Of a stretch of 64,000 bases of DNA, positions 1 through 8,991 are shown in pieces; position 1 is the first letter of the stretch; every line of letters begins with the position of its first letter. The notes under the pieces were generated by a model. The model was given only the letters and a program-made list of their open reading frames with translations, searched no databases and was not told where the DNA came from. Made by a program: the position numbers and the translations under genes. This stretch comes from Candidatus Omnitrophota bacterium (lineage in GTDB: Bacteria > Omnitrophota > Gorgyraeia > Zapsychrales > Fredricksoniimonadaceae), in NCBI GenBank assembly GCA_903944345.1, contig CAJARJ010000021.1:110900-174899 (forward strand), read 5' to 3'.

Positions 1-399
1 CCCGTAGATCAGGAGTATACCCGGGAATTGAGCCGCAAGGAAGAGTTGCTTGAGGCTGAAGCGCTTCTGGACGAAAAAATTCGTTTGGCCACAACGGATT
101 TGGCCAGGCTGCGCAGCGTGAAGTCGGGAGGCGGTTCCCGTCAGGTTCTTGCCCTCGAGTCGACCAAGGCCGGATTGATTGACAGGATTGCTGATCTGGA
201 ACGCCGGAAATCTTCAGGTGCCGATGCTGACGCGGGACTGACGGCGGGTCAGCTCAAGACCAGGATTTCTGCTTTGGAAAAACAGAATGAATATATCGAA
301 AAGCAAAACAGGGAACTGAGAGAGAATATTGCGGTTCTGGATGGCCGGACGAACTTCCTGCAGGACAGCCAATCCGCCAAAGATCAGGAGAAACTATGA
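1..399 (+). CDS. coiled-coil protein, 5'-partial (frame open to window edge; the ORF track starts it at a TTG at 28)
   Basis: Open frame from nt 1 with no upstream stop. Heptad-rich, charged sequence. Stop overlaps the next start (ATGA). Confidence 0.4.
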   Translation, partial: PVDQEYTRELSRKEELLEAEALLDEKIRLATTDLARLRSVKSGGGSRQVLALESTKAGLIDRIADLERRKSSGADADAGLTAGQLKTRISALEKQNEYIEKQNRELRENIAVLDGRTNFLQDSQSAKDQEKL

Positions 400-884
400 A
401 CGAGATTCTGGAAATTCTTATCAACGACGCGCGTACGCCGGTAGAAGATATTGCCAAGATGGTCAACAAGCCTGTGGCTGCGGTGCGCAAGGTCATCAAG
501 GCGTATGAGTCCGATGGCACGATTGTGCAGTACAAGGCGGTTGTTAATCCTGAAATGGTGCAGGACAAGTCTCCTGCCGCCGTGCGGGCCTTGATTGAGG
601 TCGGCATTCTGCCGCAGAAAGATGTCGGCTTTGACCGGATTGCCGAGCGCATTTACAGTTTTTCCGAAGTGCAAAGCTGTTATCTGGTTTCCGGAAGCTA
701 TGATCTTTTGTTGGTGATCGAGGGGCAGAGCATTCAGACAGTGGCGGAGTTTGTTTCCTCAAAACTTTCTCCGATGGAAGGCGTCCGCCAGACAACGACA
801 CATTTTCTTCTGAAAAAATATAAGGAAGACGGAAAAATCTTCAGGCAGCCTGTAGGCAATAAAAGGCTGAACATCACTTATTGA
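396..884 (+). CDS. Lrp/AsnC family transcriptional regulator
   Basis: N-terminal HTH (LDEIDRKIL-like: EILEILINDARTPVEDIAKMV) and C-terminal RAM domain; 162 aa. Sits directly upstream of an aminotransferase, as is typical. Confidence 0.8.
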   Translation: MNEILEILINDARTPVEDIAKMVNKPVAAVRKVIKAYESDGTIVQYKAVVNPEMVQDKSPAAVRALIEVGILPQKDVGFDRIAERIYSFSEVQSCYLVSGSYDLLLVIEGQSIQTVAEFVSSKLSPMEGVRQTTTHFLLKKYKEDGKIFRQPVGNKRLNITY

Positions 885-933
885 CATTTACCGGAGCGGC
901 ACAGAGTTGCTGGCTCCGGCCGTAAAGGCAGTT

Positions 934-2100
934 ATGAATATCTCCAGAACCATTGAATCAATTCCGCCTTCCGGAATTCGTGCCTTCTTTGACCTTGTGA
1001 TCGGGATGAAGGATGTTATTTCGCTTGGTGTCGGCGAGCCGGATTTTGTCACACCCTGGCATGTGCGGGAACAGGCTGTGTATGCCATTGAGCAGGGGCA
1101 CACTTCTTATACTTCCAACAAGGGGCTGGCTGAACTGCGCAAAGACCTTGCCCGCTATCTCAAGACTCACCGGGGGTTAGATTACGATTGGGATAACGAA
1201 ATGCTCATCACTGTTGGCGGCAGCGAGGCTTTGGATTTGTCAATGCGTGCGCTGCTGAATCCGGGTGACCCGGTGATGTATCATGAGCCGTGTTTTGTGG
1301 CTTATGCTCCCCTGATCACAATGGCTGGCGGATTGCCGGTGCCGGTTATGACTACGCAGGCGGATGGCTTTAAGGTTGTTCCGGAAATATTGGAGAAGTC
1401 GTGGCGTAAGGGGACCAGGGCGTTATTGCTGAATTATCCCTGCAATCCGACCGGGACGTCCTATACGCGTGCGGAACTTATGGCTATCGCCAAATTCGTC
1501 CGCAGCAAGGATCTGATTCTTATTTCCGACGAAATATACGACGAGTTGACCTATGACTTTGAGCATATTCCTTTTGCGTCGCTGCCGGGTATGAAGGAGC
1601 GGGTGATATATCTCAACGGTTTCTCCAAGACTTTTGCCATGACCGGATGGCGCATCGGCTGGGCGGCTGGCCCGGCCCGGGCGCTTGCGGCCATGACCAA
1701 GATTCATCAATACACCATGATGTGTGCTCCGATTGTCAGCCAGATGGCTGCGCGCGAGGCATTGAATAATGGAGGCCGGGAAGTTGCGGCCATGAAGAAA
1801 GAGTATGCCCGCCGTCGGAATTTTATTGTGGCCAGCCTCAATGAACTCGGCCTGGATTGTCACGTTCCCCAGGGAGCCTTTTATGCGTTTCCTTCCATAA
1901 AAAAGCTGGGAATATCTTCGCTGGACTTTTCAAAGGATCTGCTGGAAAAGGAAAAGGTTGCGCTGGTGCCGGGGACGGCGTTCGGATCGCAGTGCAGCGA
2001 TTATGTCCGGATTTCCTACGCCTCGAGTTACGCCAACCTGAAAGAGGCCTGTGTGCGTATCAGGCACTATCTGGAGACGTATCATGGCAAAAAAATCTGA
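934..2100 (+). CDS. PLP-dependent aminotransferase, class I/II (aspartate/aromatic aminotransferase-like)
   Basis: SKTFAMTGWRIGW lysine motif, NPTG motif, ~390 aa. ATG at 934 preferred over the TTG at 907. Confidence 0.8.
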   Translation: MNISRTIESIPPSGIRAFFDLVIGMKDVISLGVGEPDFVTPWHVREQAVYAIEQGHTSYTSNKGLAELRKDLARYLKTHRGLDYDWDNEMLITVGGSEALDLSMRALLNPGDPVMYHEPCFVAYAPLITMAGGLPVPVMTTQADGFKVVPEILEKSWRKGTRALLLNYPCNPTGTSYTRAELMAIAKFVRSKDLILISDEIYDELTYDFEHIPFASLPGMKERVIYLNGFSKTFAMTGWRIGWAAGPARALAAMTKIHQYTMMCAPIVSQMAAREALNNGGREVAAMKKEYARRRNFIVASLNELGLDCHVPQGAFYAFPSIKKLGISSLDFSKDLLEKEKVALVPGTAFGSQCSDYVRISYASSYANLKEACVRIRHYLETYHGKKI

Positions 2101-2488
2101 ACAGGATATCCGCTTCGAGACGGAATTCTTCGAAGGCATTCTCAGTTATAGCCCCGATTTTATCGAAGCACTGGCGGCTTTGGGAGATATTTACACCCGG
2201 CAGGGCGAGTATCATAAAGGTCTTGCGGTGGACAAGAAGCTTGCCGGATTGCGTCCTGACGAAACCGTTCTTTATAATCTTGCCTGCAGTTATTCTTTAA
2301 CCGGGGATTTACCGCAGGCGCGTCAGGCCATGGTGCAGGCGGTCGCCATGGGGTATCGCGATTTCGTTCATCTGGCACAGGATCCTGATCTGGCCGTGCT
2401 GCTGGCGGATGCCGAATTTGGCCGGATGCTGGTGCAATGGCAGGCTCAGTTCCGCAAAAATGCCCGCAGGTCGAGGGAGAGCGTGTGA
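2084..2488 (+). CDS. TPR-like repeat protein
   Basis: [21 protein letters not shown] ... [16 protein letters not shown]-like helices. ATG at 2084 overlaps the aminotransferase stop. Confidence 0.45.
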   Translation: MAKKSEQDIRFETEFFEGILSYSPDFIEALAALGDIYTRQGEYHKGLAVDKKLAGLRPDETVLYNLACSYSLTGDLPQARQAMVQAVAMGYRDFVHLAQDPDLAVLLADAEFGRMLVQWQAQFRKNARRSRESV

Positions 2489-2904
2489 AGTCTTACCGGC
2501 AGGAGCTCTGGTTTGAAACGGCCGCGCGTCGAGTATTTCTCAATATTACCGGACAGGTTGACGAAGCTTTGCGAAAAAGCGGGGTGGTTGAGGGTTTGTG
2601 CCTTGTCAATGCCATGCATATTTCCGCCAGCGTTTTTATCAACGATGACGAAGGTGGCTTGCATCAGGACTTTGAACGTTGGCTGGAACGCCTGGCTCCG
2701 CATGCGCCTGTGGGGCAGTACCGGCATAATGACACCGGGGAAGATAATGCCGATGCCCATCTCAAGCGGCAGGTCATGGGGAGGGAAGTTGTGGTGGCGG
2801 TAACCGGCGGGAAGCTGGATTTCGGGCCGTGGGAACAGATTTTCTACGGCGAGTTCGACGGGGGCAGGCGCAAGCGTGTTCTGATCAAGATTATCGGTGA
2901 ATGA
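2485..2904 (+). CDS. YjbQ/UPF0047 family protein
   Basis: [24 protein letters not shown]...[20 protein letters not shown] matches the UPF0047 pattern. GTG start overlaps the upstream stop (GTGA). Confidence 0.65.
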   Translation: MKSYRQELWFETAARRVFLNITGQVDEALRKSGVVEGLCLVNAMHISASVFINDDEGGLHQDFERWLERLAPHAPVGQYRHNDTGEDNADAHLKRQVMGREVVVAVTGGKLDFGPWEQIFYGEFDGGRRKRVLIKIIGE

Positions 2905-3821
2905 AAGAGGGGACTATGGGCTTGCTGGTTTTGGGGACTGTGGCGCTGGACAATGTTCAGACGCCCTCGGGTATCAAAAAGAACATGCTGGGTGGAAGTG
3001 CCGCGCATTTTGCCATGAGCGCGCGTATTTTTGACGAGGTTAATGTGGTTGGAGTTGTAGGCACGGATTTCCCCTCAGTTCATCTGGATTTTATGAAGCG
3101 CAAGGGTGCTAATCTTTCGGCGCTGACTATCGCTGATGGCGAGACTTTCCGCTGGACCGGAGAATACTGCAAAGAAGATCTGAATACTGCGCTTACGCGG
3201 GAAACCCGATTGGGAGTGTTGGCAGAGTATGTTCCGGTTATCAGTGAAGCGCAGAAAAAAATGGCTTATGTATTTCTGGCCAATCTGGCTCCGTCTGTGC
3301 AGGAGAAGATGCTGCGCATGATGTCGGCGCCCGCATTTGTCGGTCTGGACACAATGAATCTCTGGATTACCACCGCTCTGAAAGATTTGCGACGTATTCT
3401 TAAAAAAGTTAATTTACTTGTTCTTAATGACGCAGAAGCCGGAATGCTTACCGGAGAACGCAATTGTGTTCGGGCGGCGCGAATTCTCAGGGGGATGGGG
3501 CCGCGAATTGTTGTGATCAAGAAGGGTGAGCACGGAGTTTATGTTTACGGCGGTACTTATGAGTTCGGATATCCGGCTTTTCCGATCGAGAAGGTTATTG
3601 ATCCGACCGGCGCCGGGGATACTTTTGCCGGAGCGTTGTTTGGTCATATTGCCCGAACCCGGCGTTCGGACGAAAAAACCTTGCGCCGTGCGGCTGTTTT
3701 CGGTACCGTGCTGGCAAGTTTTAATGTTGAAGGGTTTGGTATGGCCCGAACAGCACCGTTAACCATGCGGGAAGTTGAAAAGCGGGTCAAAGAATATCAG
3801 AAGTTCTGCGAAGTTGTTTGA
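2901..3821 (+). CDS. PfkB-family carbohydrate/nucleoside kinase
   Basis: [18 protein letters not shown] PfkB signature 2 and an N-terminal GG motif. Start overlaps the upstream stop (ATGA). Confidence 0.75.
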   Translation: MKEGTMGLLVLGTVALDNVQTPSGIKKNMLGGSAAHFAMSARIFDEVNVVGVVGTDFPSVHLDFMKRKGANLSALTIADGETFRWTGEYCKEDLNTALTRETRLGVLAEYVPVISEAQKKMAYVFLANLAPSVQEKMLRMMSAPAFVGLDTMNLWITTALKDLRRILKKVNLLVLNDAEAGMLTGERNCVRAARILRGMGPRIVVIKKGEHGVYVYGGTYEFGYPAFPIEKVIDPTGAGDTFAGALFGHIARTRRSDEKTLRRAAVFGTVLASFNVEGFGMARTAPLTMREVEKRVKEYQKFCEVV

Positions 3822-3854
3822 TTGAGCGTTAACCCGGGATAAGTGGAGCAGATT

Positions 3855-4127
3855 ATGACAGGTTGGGAATGGTTGGCTATGCTGGCCTCGGTTATTATGC
3901 CGATGTGGAATATCCCGTTGATCATCAAGATTCTTCACCGCCGATCCTCGCAGGATCTTTCTTTGCACTGGTTGTGGGGGGTTTGGACTTGTATGGTGCT
4001 CATGGTCCCCTGGGGTCTGGTGACCCAGGACAAGGTGCTCAAGGTTTTTACCCTGGTCAACGTACTGCTTTTTTCGGTTGTGGTTTTTGTTGTTATGAAA
4101 TACAGAAAGGTTTCTGAGGATGCCTAA
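3855..4127 (+). CDS. SemiSWEET/PQ-loop-like small membrane protein (3 TM)
   Basis: About 90 aa with three hydrophobic helices. Pattern P-x-IIKIL-RRSS-D-SL in TM1, an Asn in TM3 and a C-terminal KYR resemble SemiSWEET. GGAG sits 6 nt upstream of ATG 3855. Confidence 0.45.
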   Translation: MTGWEWLAMLASVIMPMWNIPLIIKILHRRSSQDLSLHWLWGVWTCMVLMVPWGLVTQDKVLKVFTLVNVLLFSVVVFVVMKYRKVSEDA

Positions 4128-5070
4128 GGATGCGATGCCTTCACAAGATGGCGCGGAGCCGTTGCTAAAATGCGGCTTTGCGGCCATAGTTGGCCGGCCC
4201 AATACCGGCAAGTCCACGCTTCTTAATCAGATCGTGGGTGAGAAAATTGCTATTGTTTCTCCTGTTCCGCAAACGACCCGTCAGGCCGTCAAGGGAATAT
4301 TAACCGACTCCCGGGGTCAGATTGTGTTTATTGATACTCCTGGCTGGCATAGCGGGCGGGATCACCTGGATCGTTTTATGACGCGCTCCTGTCTTAATGC
4401 CCTGGAAGGAGTGGATTGCGTTGTCCATCTGGTTGATGTTAACGATCATGTGGGCGAAGAAGAGGAGCAGGTTGTCGAGAGGCTGCGTCATGTCGAGGTT
4501 CCGATTATTCTCGGGCTTAACAAGGTTGACCTTAAGGGGCGTTTTCTTCCGGATTATATTGCATTATGGGAGCGGGTGCGCGGAGTCAGCGCGGCGGAAA
4601 TGAAAAATTTTGTCATGATTCCGCTTTCGGGAGAGAAGGGTACCCAGGTGGACAAGCTGGTGGATACGATCTTTTCGTTTCTTAAGCCTGGACCGCTTTT
4701 TTACGAGGAGGATGTCATTTCTGATACGCCGCGTCGCCTGGCTATCGGGGACATTGTGCGCGAGAAATTGTTTCTTTTGATGCGCCAGGAAGTTCCGCAT
4801 TCGGTCGCGGTGGTCATTGAAGAAGTCCGTCCAATTAAAGGTAAAACTACGTTTGTCCGGGCCGTTGTGCTGGTTGAGCGTGATTCCCAGAAAGAAATTG
4901 TGATTGGAGCCGGTGGACAGATGATTCGCAAGATTGGTGTGATGGCCAGGGAAGATCTGGAAACGCTGATGGAGACAAAGGTGTTTCTTGAGTTGCATGT
5001 GCGTTCGCAAAAAAACTGGCGTGATGATCCTGGCATGCTGGAGGATCTGGGTTACTCTTTCCAGGTTTGA
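4120..5070 (+). CDS. era: GTPase Era
   Basis: G1 GRPNTGKST, G2 PQTTR, DTPG and NKVD motifs, plus a C-terminal KH domain. TGAGGA RBS upstream. Confidence 0.85.
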   Translation: MPKDAMPSQDGAEPLLKCGFAAIVGRPNTGKSTLLNQIVGEKIAIVSPVPQTTRQAVKGILTDSRGQIVFIDTPGWHSGRDHLDRFMTRSCLNALEGVDCVVHLVDVNDHVGEEEEQVVERLRHVEVPIILGLNKVDLKGRFLPDYIALWERVRGVSAAEMKNFVMIPLSGEKGTQVDKLVDTIFSFLKPGPLFYEEDVISDTPRRLAIGDIVREKLFLLMRQEVPHSVAVVIEEVRPIKGKTTFVRAVVLVERDSQKEIVIGAGGQMIRKIGVMAREDLETLMETKVFLELHVRSQKNWRDDPGMLEDLGYSFQV

Positions 5071-5091
5071 TACTCCTGGGTGGGCGCGGAC

Positions 5092-5751
5092 ATGTTATCT
5101 AACGAGTCGATAGGCCGGGTGATCAGGATTATACGCGAAACTCTGCGTGATTTTGCTTCGCCTTCCGTGACGCTGGTTGGCAAGAAATGGCGTAGTCCCT
5201 ATCTGGTTCTGGTTTCCTGTTTGTTAAGTTTGCGGACAAAAGACGAAACGACCTTGCCTGCTTGCGAGCGTTTGTTTGTTTTGGCAGATACTCCTGTGGC
5301 AATGTTGTCTCTTTCCGTGGAGGATATCGAGCGGGCTATTTATCCGGTGGGGTTTTACCGGACGAAGGCGCGGCGGTTGAAGGAACTTTCTGCTGTTCTT
5401 CTGGAGCGTTTTGGCGGAGAGGTTCCTGATACCATGAAGGCATTGCTGAGTCTCAAGGGGGTTGGGCCCAAAACGGCCAATCTGGTTCTGGTCGAAGGAT
5501 TTGGCAAGTACGGCATATGCGTCGATACACATGTGCATCGCATTTCCAATCGTCTGGGGTATGTGCAGACCAAGACTCCGCAGGAGACCGAAGCTGCCCT
5601 GCGTTTGCGGCTGCCAAGGAAATTCTGGAAAGATTATAACTCCCTGCTTGTTCTATGGGGGCAGAATGTTTGCCGGCCGGTTTCGCCGAAATGTTCTTTG
5701 TGTCCTGTTGCCGGAGACTGTCCCCGGGTCGGAGTGGAGCATAGCCGATGA
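5092..5751 (+). CDS. nth: endonuclease III (HhH-GPD DNA glycosylase with 4Fe-4S cluster)
   Basis: HhH-GPD region (LPGVGPKTANLV, DTHVHRISNRLG) and a C-x6-C-x2-C-x5-C cluster (CRPVSPKCSLCPVAGDC). Confidence 0.8.
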   Translation: MLSNESIGRVIRIIRETLRDFASPSVTLVGKKWRSPYLVLVSCLLSLRTKDETTLPACERLFVLADTPVAMLSLSVEDIERAIYPVGFYRTKARRLKELSAVLLERFGGEVPDTMKALLSLKGVGPKTANLVLVEGFGKYGICVDTHVHRISNRLGYVQTKTPQETEAALRLRLPRKFWKDYNSLLVLWGQNVCRPVSPKCSLCPVAGDCPRVGVEHSR

Positions 5752-7040
5752 ATAATCCATTTTTTATGAATTTTTCCCAGTTACTGGATCTTCCGGTCAT
5801 TGATGCCGAAGGATGCCGGATCGGTGTTTTTTATGATTTTTCGATGAGCCTGAATAATGATATTTATACCCGTGCCTCGGGGATCATTGTGCGCCGGGGG
5901 TTCTGGCGCAGGCAGTATGCCCTGCTGCCTATTTCCGGTGTTGTTCTGGCTGGTCAGCAGTTTCGCCTGACGGGTCAAAGCGTCGGCCCAGCTTTTTCGT
6001 CTGGACGAGTGGAGTGCGAATTTGCCCTGAGGCGCGACGTGCTTGATCAGCAGGTCGTAGATGTAGAAAATCGCAAGGTTGTGCGGGTAAACGATGTTCA
6101 TCTGCTCAAGGTTGATCATCAGTTTCATATTGCGCATGTGGATGTTGGCGCGCGGGCCCTTGTGCGTCGTCTGGGTTGGGAGACAGCAGTTGATGCGCTG
6201 GTGCGCTTTTTATTTCCCCGCAGCGATTATCTGACGCTGGAAGAGCTGATCAGTTGGAAGAATTCCCAGGTTCTGACTCTGGGGAGCCAGAAGAATGTCC
6301 TCAAGCTTGATGTGGCCCGGGCCAAGCTGGCCAAGATTCCGCCGACCGAGTTGGCCGAAATCATGGGGGATCTGGACGTTTTCGAGCAGGCCTCGCTGTT
6401 TCGTTCGCTGGCATTTGATGTTCAGCTCAAAGTGTTTGCGGACATGACCGCGGATGACAAGGTGGGTCTGATCGAGCAGCTGGAAGATGTCGAGGCGGTT
6501 CAGCTGGTTTCTAAAATTCCTTCCGATGAGGCCGCCGATTTTTTGATCAGCCTGCCCAAGGTGCGCATGCATCAGCTGTTGCGTTTGATGGAGAGTCAGA
6601 GTTCCCGGCGCTTGCGGGCTCTTTTGGGGTTTCGCAAGGATTCGGCAGGTGGTCTGATGGCAACGGAATATCTGTCTTTGCGAAGTGACGCGCGGGTTGC
6701 TGACGCCATGGCCAAGGTGCGGGGAAATGTGGATTATCCGGGGAATCTTAATACGATATATATTGTCGATCAGGCAGGTAAATACCTGGGCACCACAACT
6801 ATTCGCCGTTTTATTAACGAACCGCCGGAGAGGCCTGTGCGTGAGACGTGCCATCCGCAAAAGGTTTTTGTGCGCACGGATGATGGTATGGAAGAAGTCG
6901 CGTTGCTGCTGGAACAATACAAATATTATGCGATTCCTGTTCTGGATGAGAACGATATGCTGGTGGGCTCGATCACGGTGGATGACGTAATGGAAGAATT
7001 GATCGCTTTGGCCTGGGGTAAATACAAGGATCAGTTATGA
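5748..7040 (+). CDS. MgtE_N plus CBS-pair cytoplasmic domain protein with an N-terminal PRC-barrel-like region (no transmembrane domain)
   Basis: MgtE_N-like helical region (PPTELAEIMGDLDVFEQASLFRSL...) followed by two CBS domains. No hydrophobic segments. Stop overlaps the next gene (ATGA). Confidence 0.6.
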   Translation: MNNPFFMNFSQLLDLPVIDAEGCRIGVFYDFSMSLNNDIYTRASGIIVRRGFWRRQYALLPISGVVLAGQQFRLTGQSVGPAFSSGRVECEFALRRDVLDQQVVDVENRKVVRVNDVHLLKVDHQFHIAHVDVGARALVRRLGWETAVDALVRFLFPRSDYLTLEELISWKNSQVLTLGSQKNVLKLDVARAKLAKIPPTELAEIMGDLDVFEQASLFRSLAFDVQLKVFADMTADDKVGLIEQLEDVEAVQLVSKIPSDEAADFLISLPKVRMHQLLRLMESQSSRRLRALLGFRKDSAGGLMATEYLSLRSDARVADAMAKVRGNVDYPGNLNTIYIVDQAGKYLGTTTIRRFINEPPERPVRETCHPQKVFVRTDDGMEEVALLLEQYKYYAIPVLDENDMLVGSITVDDVMEELIALAWGKYKDQL

Positions 7041-8296
7041 AGTGGCTTGACAGAATCAAACAGCATCCGGCCTGGATCAAGACAGTGCTTTTCTTGTCGA
7101 TCATGGGCCCGGGAATTATTACCGCCAATGTAGATAATGACGCCGGAGGCGTGACGACGTATTCGCTGGCAGGTGCGCATTTTGGTTACAGCCTGTTTTG
7201 GTCGTTTATTCCTATTACTATTTCTTTGGTTATTGTTCAGGAAATGTGCGCACGCATGGCGGTTGCTACGGGCAAAGGTTTGGCGGATTTGATTCGTGAG
7301 AATTTCGGGGTTAAGCCTACCTTTTATCTTATGCTGGCGTTGCTGCTGGTGAATCTGGGCAATGTGATGGCCGAGTTTGCCGGAATTGCGGCCAGTATGG
7401 AGATTTTCGGGATCAGCAAATATTTCTCGGTTCCCTTGACCGCTCTTTTCGTTTGGATCCTGATTGTCCGGGGAACCTACAAACTGGTCGAGCGTGTTTT
7501 TCTTTTTGCCTGTCTGTTTTATATTTCTTATCTTGTTTCCGGGGTTATGGCTCGTCCGGACTGGGGTGATGTTGCCCGGCAGACCATTGCGCCGCAGATT
7601 GACTGGTCGCTGCCTTATGTAGTTATGCTTGTGGGTATTGTGGGAACCACGATTGCCCCCTGGATGCAGTTCTATCAGCAGTCTTCGATTGTGGAAAAAG
7701 GTGTCGCGCGCGAGGATTACCGGATGGTCCGTCTGGACGTGATTATCGGATGTGTTATTGCTCCGGTGGTGGCGTTCTTTATTACTATGGCTTGTGCGGC
7801 CACGATTTTCCAGGCCGGCATCAGGGTCGAGACGGCCAAAGATGCGGCTCTGGCGCTGGCGCCATTTGCCGGTGAGCACGCGACCTGGCTTTTTGCTATC
7901 GGCTTATTTGTTGCTTCCATGTTTGCCGCGGCCATTTTGCCTTTGTCCACATCCTATTCTGTTTGCGAGGGAATGGGTTGGGATGCCGGAGTTGACCGGC
8001 GTTTTGAAGAAGCTCCGCAGTTCTTTGGGCTTTATACCGGGATGATTGTGATCGGAGCCGGAACGGTTTTGATCCCACGATTTCCTTTGCTGGATGTGAT
8101 GTATATTTCCCAGGTCGGCAACGGCATCTTGCTTCCGGTCATTCTGATTTTTATGTTGCGGCTGATTAATGACCGGCGCATCATGGGAGATTTTGTTAAT
8201 TCGCGTTTGTTTAATATTATTGCATGGCTGACAGTAGGCGTTGTGATTCTCCTGACGTTAATGATGGTTGCTTTTATGCTCTTCTATCATGGATAA
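7037..8296 (+). CDS. mntH: NRAMP-family divalent metal cation transporter
   Basis: About 11 TM segments. N-terminal GPGIITANVDNDAGGVTTYS matches the Nramp DPGN-like signature region. Confidence 0.8.
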   Translation: MKWLDRIKQHPAWIKTVLFLSIMGPGIITANVDNDAGGVTTYSLAGAHFGYSLFWSFIPITISLVIVQEMCARMAVATGKGLADLIRENFGVKPTFYLMLALLLVNLGNVMAEFAGIAASMEIFGISKYFSVPLTALFVWILIVRGTYKLVERVFLFACLFYISYLVSGVMARPDWGDVARQTIAPQIDWSLPYVVMLVGIVGTTIAPWMQFYQQSSIVEKGVAREDYRMVRLDVIIGCVIAPVVAFFITMACAATIFQAGIRVETAKDAALALAPFAGEHATWLFAIGLFVASMFAAAILPLSTSYSVCEGMGWDAGVDRRFEEAPQFFGLYTGMIVIGAGTVLIPRFPLLDVMYISQVGNGILLPVILIFMLRLINDRRIMGDFVNSRLFNIIAWLTVGVVILLTLMMVAFMLFYHG

Positions 8297-8312
8297 TTCG
8301 CAAGGTCGGGAT

Positions 8313-8501
8313 ATGGAACAAAGAATTGTCGTACTGGAGAAACAGGCGGCTTTTCAGGAGCATTTGCTGGATCAGCTTTCCGGGGTTCTACGGGAGCAAG
8401 GCCGACTTCTCGAGCGCCTGAACAGGGAACTGGCCGAATTAAAGACGAAGGAAGATCTGGTTCGAAACCGTGAGGATGAGGAGCCGCCGCCGCATTATTA
8501 G
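8313..8501 (+). CDS. slyX: SlyX family protein
   Basis: MEQRIVVLEKQAAFQEHLLDQLSGVLREQ... is typical of the ~70 aa SlyX coiled coil. Confidence 0.6.
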   Translation: MEQRIVVLEKQAAFQEHLLDQLSGVLREQGRLLERLNRELAELKTKEDLVRNREDEEPPPHY

Positions 8502-8526
8502 AGCATGTGCCTGCCCGGGAAGAATT

Positions 8527-8554
8527 GACGGATTATGTTTTCATGTTAAAATGC
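8527..8554 (+). promoter_or_regulatory. sigma-70-like promoter upstream of the PII-like gene
   Basis: TTGACG, a 16 nt spacer, then TAAAAT, about 50 nt before the start. Confidence 0.3.
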
Positions 8555-8604
8555 CCCGAATTTGATACAAGCTCCGGATAAAAGTCGGGGAGGAAGGGAT
8601 TAAT

Positions 8605-8907
8605 ATGGTTAAAATTGAGGCGATTGTCAGAAAAGAAAAATTTGATGACGTTTACCGTGTGCTCGAGAGTTCCGGCATAGGAGGCATGACGGTGACCGAG
8701 GCTCGCGGTTTTGGACATCACCGTAACGGGCTTCAGGAGAAGGTCAAGATTGAGATTTATGCGGACGAATTCCAGGTTGACCGGATTGTTGAGGCGATTC
8801 GTGAAACTGCCAAAACAGAAACAACGGGTGACGGCAAGATTGCGGTGCTTAATCTGGACAATCTCTACCGGATTCGGACCGGAGAAGAGGGGGCTGCGGC
8901 TATTTAA
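8605..8907 (+). CDS. P-II (GlnB) family signal-transduction protein, short form
   Basis: MVKIEAIVRKEKFDDV...GMTVTEARGFG...KVKIEIYA...GDGKIAVLNLDNLYRIRTGEEG follows the GlnB fold pattern, but the T-loop is shortened. Only 100 aa. Confidence 0.65.
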   Translation: MVKIEAIVRKEKFDDVYRVLESSGIGGMTVTEARGFGHHRNGLQEKVKIEIYADEFQVDRIVEAIRETAKTETTGDGKIAVLNLDNLYRIRTGEEGAAAI

Positions 8908-8948
8908 CAGCTGCAGCTGAGGTTGCTTGCAACTAGACTTCCTTAGGC

Positions 8949-8985
8949 CCGGGCTATTGATTTCAGAAAATTAGCCCGGCTTTAA
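8949..8985 (+). terminator. putative rho-independent terminator after the PII-like gene
   Basis: CCGGGCTA ... TAGCCCGG stem followed by a weak U-run (CTTTAAAAT). Confidence 0.35.
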
Positions 8986-8991
8986 AATCTT

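Noticed and set aside
254-674. Minus-strand ORFs (132 aa and 96 aa) overlapping the coiled-coil and Lrp genes
   Set aside because: They lie entirely antisense to well-supported + strand genes, with no RBS or motifs. These are typical shadow ORFs in GC-rich DNA.
6210-7879. Long antisense ORFs (235 aa at 6210..6917 and 282 aa at 7031..7879) opposite the MgtE_N/CBS and NRAMP genes
   Set aside because: Low-complexity R/Q/H-rich translations with no domain signatures. The sense-strand genes have strong family motifs.
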